A program made the translations under genes and the position numbers. Below, one piece after another: positions 1 through 13,837 of a stretch of DNA of 64,000 bases. A model generated the notes under the pieces. The model saw only the letters and a program-made list of their open reading frames with translations, ran no database searches and was not told where the DNA came from. The DNA lies in NCBI GenBank assembly GCA_011109175.1, contig RDEW01000008.1, positions 1,600,513-1,664,512 of the forward strand, read 5' to 3'. Source of the stretch: Dicyema japonicum (Eukaryota; Animalia; Dicyemida). Numbering within the stretch: position 1 is the stretch's first letter; each line of letters starts with the position of its first letter.

Positions 1-239
1 GACGAACAAACAGAAACTACAACCAATTAGCCACGAAGCACCACATGACGCCACGCGGCCAGAAGAATATTTAGTCATGATGCAAGTGTCCACTCAGATT
101 TCCACTCTCTGTGTCGTAACAACTCATCGAACTGAGTGTGTTTTTGAACGTCTAGATTTCTTTATGTCATACATTCTACATAAATGTTTATACTTAAGTT
201 TATTTTAAATAATTGGGATGGGGTCTGTACCGACATCTT

Positions 240-920
240 TTCCAAGTCGGAACTTGAAAGGAGGAGGCTGCTCGGACTTTCGAGAATTTCAAGATAGAAA
301 AATACGACCCTCTCCACCAGATTCCACGTACAGCCCGTTGTCGTCGAGACGAGCGGAGTCTTCGGGCCCAAGACGGTCTCTTTTCTAAGATCGCTTAGGT
401 CAATGATATCGAAAGTAAGTAATGAGCGTCGAAAATATAATAACCCCTTATGTTTGCGAAGTGGTGTGAATTTTTCTAACGAAGCGATCTCGCTTATTAG
501 ATCACACAAGCATCTTTAATCACAATGAAAATTTATTGAATTTTTTTTAATTTTAAAGCAGAGATAATTAATCCTTGCAGAGAAGATTCCGTATGTTTTT
601 CAACATAATACGGCAATCCCGATTTGTTGTATTAGCCAAAACGATCCGCAGGGTTCTTTTTTCGGCTTGCTATTTTCCCTTCTATTTCTTTCACAAAGAC
701 CGCAGTGAAAGATCCTACGGTTCCAGACGTTTCAATAGCTACTGGTGTGAATCGGTATCGGTCTCCAATGACCGAGTACTTCAGGATTCGGCCAATTCTG
801 CTGCGCTGGCCGCAGATCCAGGTTTATGAGCAGATCTAGAAGGAGCAAAGTGAAGAAGGTATCAACACAGGTTACATCCCAGACCAATGATTTTCCGTGT
901 GAATATGGGTCACTCCGTCT
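240..920. mobile_element. Two CRE-like 3' fragments (240-430 plus, ~600-920 minus)
   Basis: KIEKYDPLHQIPRTARCRRD/PVVVETSGVFGP on plus; LVWDVTCVDTF...AAELAES on minus. Confidence 0.6.
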
Positions 921-979
921 TAACTAGGAACTTATGTCCGAAAGATAAATATCTAAGATGTATAAAGTTGTGAAGAAAC

Positions 980-2270
980 AGTATTTAGAATAAAAAATGG
1001 AGATTAAACAAGGATTTGATTGTGCAAACCTTATTACCGAGGAAGTCTTATATAAAAACTATGAATCAGATCTTTCATCAAAACTCGATCGTCTAGTTTT
1101 TGAACTTTTCTGAATCGGGGGGCAAAAATAAAATTGAATTTCCGGATATTAAATTAGAAACATTGCCAGAACAACCGCGGCTCGGATAAATTTAAAATAT
1201 TTCAAAAGCTCAAATAGATGGCTAGATCGTTTTAAGAAGCTTCATGAACTATCTATTAAAGCAATTTCGGTGAAAAGAATTTCTGCGACAAAAATTCAAT
1301 TAAAAAATTTTACAAATAATATGACCAGTTGTTTACCAAGTTTAATATGAAAGATATTTTTAATTTTGATAAAACTTGCCTATTCACTAAAAACAATTCG
1401 AATAAATCATTTGTCACTAAAGATGAAAATTGTTTTGGTAAAAACAATTTGTACAAAAAAGATATGTTTTTCAATGATGTAGTATTAAAGGTGAAAAGTT
1501 ATTGGAAAGTTTAAATCATCGAGATTCCATAAAAATATAAGAACTGAATTTGGGGTACTAATTTTAAATTATACATAGGGGTTATATACAGTGCATCCGA
1601 GAATGGAGGAATAGTGATATCTTCAGCAACTTGTTACAAAGAATTAATAGTGAAATGTTCTTACAGAATCGACAAATTTTAATTCTTCTCGATAATGCTC
1701 GATGTCAAATTGTCAAAATTATTCTAATCTTACTTCCGTCAAAACTTCCAAAAGTATAACAGCTATTCTTAAGCCCATTGATATGGGGATTATGAATTCT
1801 TTTAAATCATATTCAAGTGTCCTCTATGAAGCAATTTGTATCGACGATAATTAGGAAAATTATGAGATTTTTTTCCTAGTTAAAGATAAATATGCGAAAG
1901 TTATTGTATTCGTTGGAGAAGACTGGAATAGAGTAACTAGGGACACAATAAATAATTGTTGGAATAAAATAGACGAAATTAGAAATAGTGTGCCCAAAAT
2001 TTGTCCAAGCATTCAATCTGAACTTTTGGAGTTCAAGTTTAATAGACATCCAATTTAGTGGAATTGGAAATAAAACACAATTGTATGATAGGTGTGATGA
2101 AATTGAAAATCATAGCTTTAAAGACAATAAATATTATGAATAATCTTGAAAATTCATTAATTGATGCTTGTCCTAAGCACTTTGAGAGTATTATGATTTT
2201 AGACTGAACGTCTTTAAAAAATTACGGAAAAATACAATATTGAGGGAAAAATTAGCGATCACTTTTTTAA
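980..2270 (+). mobile_element. Decayed pogo/Tigger (Tc1-mariner) transposase
   Basis: FKSSNRWLDRFKKLH (CENP-B-type HTH), DIFNFDKTCLF, LILLDNA, PIDMGIMNSFK. Confidence 0.72.
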
Positions 2271-2340
2271 TTAATAAATAAAATGGCTTTTTATCGTTAA
2301 AATGCTATTTAATTAAAAAAATTAAAAATAATACTGAAAA

Positions 2341-4664
2341 AAATGGATAAATTATCTTACTCTGTTTTTCTGTGGAGATGTCGAGGAAAATCCTGGACCA
2401 GACTTAATCATATTACAAATTAACATCAATGGTATCCGAACAAAATTGCCGAACTACAACTATTTCTTATAAATCACTCAGTGGATTTAGCTCTTTTCCA
2501 AAAGATGTTTTCAGGCGAGACAGAGGTCATGGAAAGGGATGAGGCTTTATTACGCTAATCAGGAAGCATATAATGACCAGAAATATTTCGGATGACATCC
2601 TGGACCCCTTCCACCACGACGACACACTGGAACAACTAACTCTGAGAATCTTCCTACCCTCTCTCCTATTGACAGTTTTCAATATGTACATACCTCTTCA
2701 CCGTCATGCCTCAGTGACTACAGGCCGAACTCAAGGGATTCACCAGGTTGGGAAACACTAATTGGCGGTGCCCTAAATGCGAAGAGTTCTCAATAGTATG
2801 CTGACCAACAACTGGATCAACGGGGAGTCCTCATATCCGACAGTTTTGACGACCTGATCATTCTCAATAATCCAAGCAAACACACAAGGACCCCTTCCCG
2901 TCAAGGTGACTCCCCTATTTCACCCGACATTTCTCTTGCCGCTCCTTTTCTTGCGACTGTCATTTTATGGGATGTTATATACGACTTACATACTGAACAT
3001 AATCCGATCTTAATGAGAATCACACAAAAACGTAAGTTAATGAACACTCCGAGAACCAATGTTTACTTCTCAAAGGCAATATGGCTCACTTTCACATATT
3101 TTATCGAACTAAACCTTCAGGTCTTTCGGATAGAGGATTTCGGATCTATCAATGCTGCTGTCAATACCTCAACGTGATTATACTCCGAGCTCGCAAAAGA
3201 TACATTCCGATGGGCGTTCTCAACGTCCATCACACCCAATTGATGCTGGAATGCGAGCTCTAGTCCAAACGAGAAATAATCTAAAGAAATTCGAAAGATA
3301 ATCAGTGGACGTAATTGAAAGGATATCAAAACTGAATAAAGAAATCATGCAGAGCATCACAAAACACAACAAAGAACGTTGGGAAGCCATGCTCAGAAAA
3401 GCTACGAATAATACTTCCACCAATGTATTATGGAAATCGATAAGGAGGCTCAAGAAGTGCTCTTCACATTTAATTGGACATCGAGAGCCATGTCCAAATC
3501 CCAATAACATTATGAAGTACTATGTGAATATTATTCATAAATCATATTCAAAAGACCTGGATGTTCGTTCAAGCCAAGGAAGGAATAAATGTCCCAACAT
3601 GACTTTCTTCGACCCGTCAATGGTGCACTCAGTAATCAGGAAAATAAATAACTCGTCATCCCGCGGTTCAAATGACATGACTCTCATGACTCTGATGACT
3701 CTCGAACTGAAACACCTGAGTCCTTCAGCGACGGCCGCAAAGCACAAATTTTCAGTAACTTCATAAACGGTCGAATGGACTAAGTGGTTGTAAACAACCA
3801 AAAATCAAAACCTCGATACTTTCCAAATGGAGTTACACAAGAATCACCGTTGTCACTAATACTTTTCAACATGTTCCTTCTCCAGCCACCAAAAACTCAA
3901 TTCTTTTATTGTATGCGAAGAATCGAGGAGGCGACAAAGTCCGTGCAAGATCTACTAAACCTGATGGGTCTTAGGTTCCTGAAGAACAGTCTAAATATAT
4001 CGCCAGGAAAGTCACATGTAATGACGTTTTCCTCAGCACGAAAATAAATACAACAATACCAGGAATAAAGTTGTATGATTCCCCGTTCCTCATTAAGAAT
4101 ACCATTTCAATCCTTGAGTCATCCTGGATCTTCTCCTCATATTCACTCATCAACTAGAACTGGTAACCTCAAGAATCCAAAAGAAAATTGGAATTTTCAA
4201 GGCTTTTACTCACTCCCCATTATCTTCCCGTCAATCGTTGGAGCTACTATACAAACAATTTGTTCTACCCAGTATCGAGTACTTCTGTGCTGCATGAATA
4301 GTTCTGCTATCACTATGGCACAGAGAAAGCTGGAAGTGTTACAAAACTGATTTTTCAGAATCTTATTGAGCCACGTAGTTAATAAAATACTAAACGTCCC
4401 CCAATCATGGAATACATTACGGAACGTCATCGGGACTTCCTCAAGATGGCAAAGTCCCCTTACCATCCCCTCGGGCCGTACATCAAACTATATATGGACG
4501 CCTGCCCGAGATGTGAGAAGAAACCTTCCCCGCTGTGGAGATTAATTCAGGACTCCAAAACTAACCACAGGAAAAGGACTGATATGGACATCGGGATCAC
4601 TTAATTAGACGATAGCTTTATCCTCTTTCTCGTGATTTCGGGGTTAATAACATAAAATAAATAA
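2341..4664 (+). mobile_element. Decayed Ingi/Vingi-like non-LTR element: 2A peptide, APE, internally deleted RT, 3' tail
   Basis: CGDVEENPGP then ILQININGIR (APE start), NMYIPL, SPDISL, HNPIL; RT GVTQESPLS; tail gggatcacttaattag...ggggttaataa followed by A-rich sequence. Confidence 0.78.
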
Positions 4665-4899
4665 ATGTGGTGCTATGCGGCTAATTGGTTGAAAATTTAT
4701 ATTCCTTCCTCTGATGGCGTCGTTGGGACACTTTACTCAGGAGACACCATTACCTGGCCGGCATTCAAAAGGATTCAACTATTTATTCTACTGGGAGACA
4801 ATTTTGTTACCTGACGACGAGTTCTGGAATTGATCTCAGCTCCCCGGACTACGTCCTCTGGATCACTGTTCTTGGATGAAGGTCCTAAATTATTGATAG

Positions 4900-6100
4900 G
4901 AAAGAAAATTTTTTTATAGTTTGCTAATAGACTTCTACCCAGACAGTCTCCCCAAGAAATCGATCTAACACAGGGAAATTTTTGATGATAAGTCTCAGGT
5001 ACTTTAGTGCGGTTTTTGAAACCTCTAATAAGATTTTCGATAGTTATTTTAACCTTGCACATTTTTCCTTCCAATCAAAGGAAACTGAATACAAGGATTT
5101 ATCCCGTAAGCAAGATTTAGAACAAAATCAAGCGTTTTTTTCAAATTTCTCGAGAATTGAGTCTCTCCTTTTTGAGTCGTACCCTTATAACATTCCAGGA
5201 AGTATTGCGGAGTTGAAGAGATAAACAAATATCTCCGACTCGAGTTTTAGCTTTCTAACACAGAACAGAGTCTTCGTAGCTTTTTTTTGCATATTTTATC
5301 ATGTTTCATAAAATTCCAAAAGTTTGGGTTTTTTCTATATAATCACTGCATTGAGCTATCCACAAATTATTCAATGCTTTTTCGGTAATGGTCCCAGTTT
5401 ATAAGTGTCAGATCATAGTTTACTAGAGCAGGCTTGACCTCTAAAGGAGTTAGGTTGAGTTTATAAAGGATTGGTAGATGATCACTACCAACATCACCAT
5501 GCGTAATCGGTCGTTCCAAAAATTGAAGAACAAATTCCGATATCAGCGCCACGCCAAAATAATCCCAGTCACTAGGGGAATAGTGATTCAGATTGAGGAC
5601 GTCATAATAGAAAATCAAGAAGACACGTACATATCTTTTAGAACAAAGAAGTATCTGTTCGTCCCCACACAACCGAACGAGGTGAATCGAGAACGATGCA
5701 TTTTCATCATGAAAATTTTTTTTTATAAGATACGGATATGAAGATAAAATTTTCGAATATATCCCTCTTTTTCTTTAAAGATCGGGCGTTCATCTCAATA
5801 ATAGTAAGATCAGATTTCATGTTTGTAGAACCTCTGCATTTCCAAAACAAAGGGCTAACAGATTCCGGACGTCGAGTTCGACAAAAATATCAACCAGTTT
5901 TTTTAACAACACTTATCAATTCCGGGACCTCGAAGCACCAAGTTACTGGTTTCCTGTACCATTTAAACGAACTCTCTAAAAACCAAACACCATGTCCAGC
6001 CTCACATGTGACGTGGAATGTGCTTGAGCATAAGTTAATAGACTTGAGTAATTTTCCAGGGATTTATATTAAACATAATTATTTGTTGGGGGTTCTATGA
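4900..6100 (-). mobile_element. Internally deleted APE-type LINE (Jockey/CR1 group)
   Basis: LTIIEMNARSL (APE start) and GDVGSDHLPI (APE end), then a C-terminal region homologous to 21500-21950. Confidence 0.65.
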
Positions 6101-6426
6101 TTATTAGTAATGTTTGATTATTTGACGTTTGAAGACACATGATTTTTAATATTTTTTTTACAAAAATAGAAATTTTGATTTTACAGATAAAATTGGTCTC
6201 AATAGTGCGTTGAGAAATCCCGAGTTACACTAACTTTATATACTATCTACTTAGCTATAAATCTCTAGATACTAGCGAATTAAATTTGACTCCCATAAAA
6301 TTAGGGACTCTTGGTTTGCTAACAAAAATCGAGTAACCTCATTAATATAGTGGCCACCTAGTACTGTTGATATAAATCAACTTTTATAGAAATTATATAA
6401 ATTAAAATAGATTAATTGATTTTTAA

Positions 6427-8119
6427 TCATAAAATTATACATTTAATTATCTGATATTCAAGGAGTAAGGAAAAGATTATAAAAATGACGTATGAAACAA
6501 TCATAGAAACTCCCAGTAATTTTGTCATTTTATACTGAGACAGTGCGATTATCACCACCACACTTAACAACATAGCAAACAGCATCAAAACTGAGCAGAA
6601 CATTCCTTTACTGCTTATATCAACTGGGATTCGTGACACCATCCAGTATAACAGCCATGGAAACGGAAGACTATTCTAAAAAAACCATATTTTACCCGAC
6701 ACAGACGTCGAAAAGATTACTTCCAATTGAACTAGAGACTGCCATGTCCCCAAATCCCTTTTTAGTGACAATATAGCTGGTTATCAAATCGGGAATACTT
6801 GTCCCTGCTGCAAGCAATGTCAGTCCCATTACCCGAATTTTGAATCAACTCAAACCTCATTTGGGATCCCAAAAGTGGTCCCAAACTGGTTCGCCCACCA
6901 AACCATTAAGTACGAGAATATGGCGATCCACAAAATACTATTAATAAACGTGATAATGTAGAATTTTCTCATTTTCTATAAAAACACTGAAATTGTATAC
7001 TTGACTGTTGACATTGGGGATAGTAAAATAAAGCAAAAAATTGATGGGAAAAAGAAGGACACATTTTATTCGACCATAAATAGAATCGGGCCAGTCAACC
7101 AACCCGCCCTCCTCCTAAATCTAATTTAATTTTTAGAATATTTCTCACCCGATCATTCGAATCTGTCGTTTCCTTTAAATTTATATTACTAAAATACATT
7201 TTTTCCAACTTCAATCTGTTTTTCAGAGACTTTAGAAGTATTAATTGTATTTTACCTGGAACTACCGTCGACAACCGTTTCTGAGAGCCACTGATGCGAA
7301 CGAAAACTATTGAGTTCTGGGATAAATAAAAAAACATACTTTCCTTCCGACTTGCTGAGTATTCAAGTTTTTCAAAATTTTGTTTTTTACGTAATTTTCG
7401 ATGTTTCTGTTGTATTTCATAAAAAGGACGTAAACAAAGTACCAAAGAAATAAAATGAGGGCCTCCCACCAGAAAATTTTGTTATCGACGAAGAATATTA
7501 TCAACATTATAAGGGAGATGACGTAAAATACCATATCCCGAAAAAGTGGCCACCAAGTCAGAGTTAAAACAGTCGCACTGGACAGAGCACAGAATCCGAT
7601 GACGAACAAAATGTTGAAAACGGCGGATCCGATTATAGTACCAATTCCAATGTTACTGTGGGCTAGAAAAATTCCAATTATCGAAGTAAAAAGTTCAGGA
7701 GCACTTCCTCCAGCAGCCATAAAGGTGGCCCCAGCAACATCTTCACTAATGTCCAACTTTTCAATGATTACTTCCAACGAGGGAACAAAATAAGAATCAC
7801 ATACAATCGCCAGAGCGATGAACATGTAAAAAATCCCGATAATGTGTAAAATAACTGCTCCCTGTTTCCTCTGGCAGATGTCGAAAATATCATTTGGGTA
7901 ATTTCCAACCAAGTGATCCTCACAAGAGCTTGATTGGACTGAAAGAAGATTTTTCGACTTCACATGTAAAATGTACTCGCTAGAAACTCTTTTCGAGCAG
8001 ATTATCATAACATAAAATAATACTAGAGTTACACAAATCTGCTTGACTCTTTTAAAGCACCCCAACCCTCGTGGATTGCATAGTTTGCCCAATAATGCCC
8101 AGATTTTATCAATTGCCAT
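6427..8119 (-). CDS. NCKX: K+-dependent Na+/Ca2+ exchanger (NCKX / SLC24A family), multi-exon with micro-introns
   Basis: Alpha-1 repeat [20 protein letters not shown] and [14 protein letters not shown] in the 270-aa ORF. Alpha-2 repeat [14 protein letters not shown]...[16 protein letters not shown] reads on the minus strand at ~6700-6830, followed by the C-terminal TM ORF 6427-6642. Exons are joined by short GT..AG introns, e.g. gtatgtttttttatttatcccag. Confidence 0.93.
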
Positions 8120-10510
8120 TGTGGAGTAAACGATGCTAATTGTATTTGAACTGTTTTGTAAACGTAATCAGTACAATCAATGATGGACATGAATACATCG
8201 GCAGATTAATTGAATTCTGACAAGGGTGACAATGAGTGATTAGATGGGCCTTCATTTATGTGAAGATGGGGATCTCTATTTGCCCGATATCTGTAAAATT
8301 AATTATTTTGAACTAAAGTTAAATAAGTTTTAATTTTGGGAGTGATTGCAATTAAATGGTTAATTGTTGCCAATTACATTTATTGTTTTCTAATCAATAC
8401 AACTAATGCAATTGCAAAAACTTCACAATTTTCATGTAATTGGCAAATTACAATAAATCATGTGAGACTCGGTAATAGTCCTACACGTGCCAGAAATTTT
8501 AAAGTTGATAAAAATTACTTTTGTCATCACTTAATTTAAAAAAATAGGATTTTAAAATAAGTAACGTCTGCCGAATTAACGTTCTTTAAAACTAGCCTGA
8601 GAAGAATATTCTTTTCCTTTACGTTTGTCCTCCAATCTATCATTTTCATATTTTTTTCTGTCAAATATAATTGGATGATACTATAAGAGCATGAATTCAG
8701 ACCATCGTGAACGAGAAGATATTTGAGAGCATGAGGATAGAACATAAATTTGGGTTGGTCATATTGGCCAACTCACGGAAAAATGATATCGATATTGGGA
8801 CAATCCATGGAGAAAATGTTAATTGAGAATGATGTTTGTTCAAGAGTCTGGACTAAGGAATTGATAGAAAAAATCCTGGACAGTCCAAATTATCTACTAG
8901 GAAAAACATGCAATTGTGGGTTGACTGGCTCAAAGAGAAAAATTAAATGAGATGGAATTTGAAACAATTTTAATATATGACAAATTTTCAAAAATTCGTA
9001 TTTAATTGCAATGTCAGAATATTTAGGATCTTTAAGGTCTCTAGCATAGATAGGCAGATTAGCTCCTGAGTCAATTTTTAATACACCATTATATAACTCT
9101 AGCCGAGATAGAATAGAAGAGTGTCATACCTTGAAAAATTCAGATGCTTCCCGGTTCGAACCTCATGCTGTCCATTCTGGCTGTAGGTTCAACTTATCTA
9201 CGATGCTTCATTGCTTGACGAGTGATACCGTAATCAGTGATACCTTACTGCGGAACCAGATTGTCTGCAGGAACTCACACGCAACCAAAAAAGACTTAAG
9301 AACATCTCTTGGCATAAGTAAAATGGTTATTGTAAAAATGCTGTTATTATATTACTATCCATAAAATACAATATATTCTCAATGTTAAAATTCTCGGGTA
9401 ATTGGTTGGTGGTGTTTGATTATTTCTCAAATGGTTCTTGTTAATTTCTAGAATATATAATCCTCATCTAAGGTAGCCATTGCAAAGCGACCAAGAGACG
9501 GCCCAAATTTTCTCGTCACTCCATATTCTAAATTTCCCCCTCAGATATCTGGTAGCGTCCGTTTTTGGCTGTAACTTTCGTGTTAACCAGCGGTTTCTTT
9601 CATCTAGAGTGGTCAAGGCTAAGTAAAAAGACATATAGCAATAATAAGTGATTCGATTCCCTCGAAGGTTTTATCGTCTTGTGCTTGGTTTTTTTCTATT
9701 CTCCTGTCTCAGAAGACTCCAAGTTCTATTAAAAATGAAAAAATGATCATTTGCTCTCCCAGAGTTCAGTGGATAATTTCTTTGTGGATTCACACAATAG
9801 TGGTTCCGGAAAAACTTATCCATGAGATTGTGTGCGTGGTTACTGGATGCACTCAATTGCTTGTTAACTGTCGACTTCTTTTTCGGTGTATCAGGGCTTA
9901 ATAAAAAGAAAGTTTCCAAAATCTTCGAGTTTGAACCCTAATTATATACAACATTTCATCAGTTCTTCATCTTGAAGTGACAAGAATTAAGGGATAAATC
10001 TATAATAAGGCGGAGATGTTATCTACAAAAAATACGTCACTATCTTTAATAACTCAAGCAATTTAAGCTCTACCAATTCTGATACGAGGATTAATATTTC
10101 CGATTAATAATTAAACCGAATTGTCTTAGTCAAATTTATGGAGTTTAACCTTTAAACCGAATATATGAAAATTGCCGCCATCCTCATTATCTGAGAAGTG
10201 AGTCCGTTTAGTGACACTGAGGTTTTTAAATCAGCCTTTTCTTAAAAAAGATTGTCTTTTTCTTTAACTGTGTTGAATCATCTTCATAACGCAACTATTA
10301 GATAATAATAATAACATCAGAGACCACGGTTACACAAACTAACTAATAGCGTGATCCCAGCACGCTCTAGCAGGGACCTCATCTTGGCCCGATCTCTTCC
10401 CTGACCCCACACAAGCACGCATCGGTTGAATGACTGTATCTTCGCAGTCACGACGGCGTGTTACATGGTTAAATCTTTTTATAATCTCAAATTTGTTAAT
10501 AACTGTAACG

Positions 10511-10840
10511 AGCCGCGTGGCGCCATGTGGTGCTGCGTGGCTAATTGGTTGAAGCTTTCTGTTTGCTTGTCTGTTCCTCCTCTCTCTTCCTATTAGAGTG
10601 GCGTCATGTGATCCACCTGTCTAGGTGGCGCCCAGTGCCTGGCTGGCACGAAAAAAGATCATTCACTTTCCCCCACTCCACTGGAGGGGTTTCCACAACT
10701 GCAAATATGGACGTCTTACCCTTTATGCTGATTCCGGATGGACTCTGTTACTGTAGAAGTGGAAAAATGATACACTTAATTAGTTGTTTACTTTAACTTC
10801 TTTCTCGTGTATCCGGGGTTAATAAATTAAAAAAATTAAA
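10511..10840 (+). mobile_element. Short non-autonomous retroposon family 2 with Ingi/Vingi-type tail (relatives 1-60 -, 4665-4900 +, 13590-14060 -, 48558-48810 +)
   Basis: Common head gccgcgtggcgccatgtggtgctgcgtggctaattggtt; tail cacttaattag...tttctcgtg..ccggggttaataaa matches the LINE tail at 4597-4655; possible TSD aatctcaaatt (10483-10493 / 10842-10852). Confidence 0.7.
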
Positions 10841-10849
10841 AAATCTCAA

Positions 10850-11893
10850 ATTATTTTATTATTTATTTTATTTTAAAACCCCAAGACCATTAAGAAAGAA
10901 AGAATTAACTTGCTAAATTAAGTGATCCCAGCCTCCAACATCTCTTGAATTCTCTTCGAATGCTCCACCAGTGAACCAACAGCATTTCTGAAGTGTCTTC
11001 TTTTATTTCTGCAGAGGAATTCTATCGGAGTGCACTTTTTTAATGCCGATCTGAATTCCTCCGCATAACCATCCTCTCTCGGAATGGGTTTCCTAGCTCA
11101 TTGCTCATACGTATTTCTCACCGTCCTCCTCTGAAAAGACTGGGGATGGATGTGGAGTCTGATTGAATATGCCTCTTGATCTTCCGTCTGAGAGAGTTCA
11201 TACGCTCCACCCTCGTAGAAGGAATTGCGAATCTCCAGGCAGAGCAAGCATATTCAATCGTCGGCGCAATAACTTGGAGATATATTTTTCTGACACAAGC
11301 AGTAGGAAAGGGGCTCTTTTTATTCCATTTTCGAAGACCCTTGGTTAACACCTCCTCCCTGTGACTGGGGAACGTCATAAAAGAGTCGAAAGTTACTCCA
11401 AGGATCTTCTGGATTCGAGTATAAGGGATGGGAATGTTTCCGCGGAATATCTCAAGTTCACTTTTAAATCTTCTGTCCGTAGTAAATAGGGTGAACTGAG
11501 ACTTGGATACAAACACAGAGCAACTTCATGGATAGCCAGTCACACACCTGGTTGAGGTGTGACTGAGCCACCGCCACAGCGCTGGAGGAAGATTTGTCTC
11601 TTGCAGCGATAATCAGATCGTCCGCATAAGATAAAAACATGGTGTCCTGATCATTAATAGTAAGTAAATCGTGTAGAAATAAGTTAAATAAGAGAGAAGA
11701 CAGAGGGGAGCCTTGTGGGACCCCATTAGGGAGTAGTCTTGATTTTGAAGTAATTTTTCCAATCCGGAGTCTTCCACGTCGGCCATTTAAGAAATTTTCC
11801 AGCCATAGCATAATGCTCGGATGTAAATTTGAGTTAAAGATCTTTTTTGTTAGGAGAGTCCTCAAAACCAAGTCGAAGGCTTTCTGTATATCT
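10850..11893 (-). mobile_element. Ingi/Vingi-like RT 3' portion
   Basis: IDIQKAFD, GVPQGSPLS, YADDL, KILGVTFD, PTIEYACSAW; same tail type as 4595-4664. Confidence 0.82.
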
Positions 11894-11894
11894 A

Positions 11895-12220
11895 TTTTTT
11901 TTAAAAGCCTTTTTACGAGAGCCATAGTATTTATAGCTCCGCATAGGCAGGACACACACTTTATTTAAGTAAAGAACAGTTAATTTTAACTAATCGTAGA
12001 ACCAAGGAATGATCTTCACTTCTTTTTGTTCTTTTTCTTGTGTGAGTGTCTTTCTAGACAATCCAGTTCCGCAGTGAGTATTCACTGATGACGGCGTCAC
12101 TCGTCAAACCCTTTCTGCATCGTAGATGCGTGGAACCTTCCACCAGGTGAACAGCAGCGAGATTCGAACCCGTAGCCTAAGCCACTTAAGCCCGACACCT
12201 AACCACTATGCAACCCGGCT
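11895..12220 (-). mobile_element. SINE family 1, full-length copy inserted in an RT
   Basis: Near-identical to 28598-28922; head cagccgggttgcatagtggttagg...ggttcgaatctcgctgctg. Confidence 0.85.
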
Positions 12221-12229
12221 GTATATCTA

Positions 12230-13560
12230 TAGACACCAGAAATTCGCCTCATTTTAATAGAATATAAAGTAAATTCAAAGCCTGCTATCAAAGAGGAGCG
12301 AAGACTAAGAGTGAGAGACTAACTGATCGTATGAAGCAGCGGAGACTAACAGTGACCTTAAAATAGTGTCTGATCATTTTCTTATTAAAAATCCGCAGCA
12401 AAAAGAACCTGCGACAGAAGCCAGGAAATACAAAGACAGAACAAATATGAGAATCCTCACAGTGGAAAGAAAACTCAAAGATTTAGATTGAAAAAAATTT
12501 CAAGAATATTGATATTTTACCCTGCTCGGAAAGGATGTGGATGCTTTGGATCAAGAGAGTGCACGATTAAAAAATCAAGATGGGCGTCTATTCAAATAGA
12601 ATAGACTAACAGAATGTATAGTGCAATACGGATGATCAACCGAAAGAAACAAGAATCTAAAAATAAAACTGCAAGACGATAATGGAAAACACTGATAAAC
12701 CCTGTCGACCAAGTTGAATGCATAGCAGCCCACTTTGAAAATTTACTTAAAACTCTAAGAAACATCCGATTTTACACGCAGATACTTTACAGAAATAGAA
12801 AAATCAAGTCAATAGACTAACTGAAAATGGTAGTTCCCATGGACCAGACATCAACTTCTAAATTTCGAACCCACCATACTAATTGATATTATGACAACAC
12901 TTCTAAATGCTATTCTTGCGAGAAAAGAATGTATATCCCTTGAATTTGGACTACTAATACCGATCAGGAAACCTAAAAAAGGCAGTTCGTACAGTGGAAG
13001 ACCTACTCCGCTAATCCTGCTTAATATTCTACTGTAATTAGTTACATTGAATCACATCACATCAAGAATAAAGTGGATAACTGCCTGGCACCAAGTCATA
13101 GTGGATTTGGGACTGATAGATAAACGACATATATTTGGAGTCACAAATGTCGCTGTAAAACAAAGATACCAAAATACAACTACAGCGCTTGGAATAAATC
13201 TTTTGGGGCTTTCAGTACAGTTCGCCGAGATGTATTACTGAAGGCAGTGCAGGAATTTCCTCCACCCAACATAAAGCTAAGATTTCGAATTGGCGAAACT
13301 ACCAAGAGAATTTGCATATAATATGGTGACTCCTCAAAGAGATTCCTTTTCTCCTTTGTTGAGGAACTCGAGGTAGATTCGTCTCCAGCTCAGGACATTG
13401 CTTGGACTGAATTGGTCGAAGGAATCAACAAGAAAGCGCTATATGGTGTTTGCTTCACTGGTTCGTTGAACCTTGAGATCATTGATTTTAGATGAAGGCT
13501 CTTCGGACACATACTAAAATGGAACTAATATACCCCCAAACGAGAAATACTTTGTCGAGA
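12230..13560 (+). mobile_element. Heavily decayed RTE fragment
   Basis: Remnants of RMYSAIR, IAAHFENLL, GPDI, GLLIPIRKPK colinear with the 25620-28600 element. Confidence 0.6.
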
Positions 13561-13837
13561 GTTGATCATATTTCTGTTGACGGTAATGAGTCACACTTTC
13601 TGGAGTTCCAATGTCACTCACAAGCCAGAGAGACCTTCCAATGACACTCACAAGTCCACCCAGAACCAACAGAAAGATAGTAAAACATCCAGTCTTTCCA
13701 GTTGTGGGAACCTTTCCAATGGAGTGGAGGATAGCAAATGATTTTTTGTGTCATCTTAACACTGAGGATCACTTGAGACAGACGGATGGCATGGCACCAG
13801 TCTAGTAGAAAGAGACGAGGAACAGAAAAAATAGAAA

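Noticed and set aside
3673-3703. atgactctc x3 (MTLMTLMTL)
   Set aside because: Local slippage duplication in a dead RT.
12086-12112. CTGATGA in the SINE antisense strand as a hammerhead ribozyme core
   Set aside because: Stem II is followed by TCAAA rather than GAAA, and no stem III/NUH can be formed.
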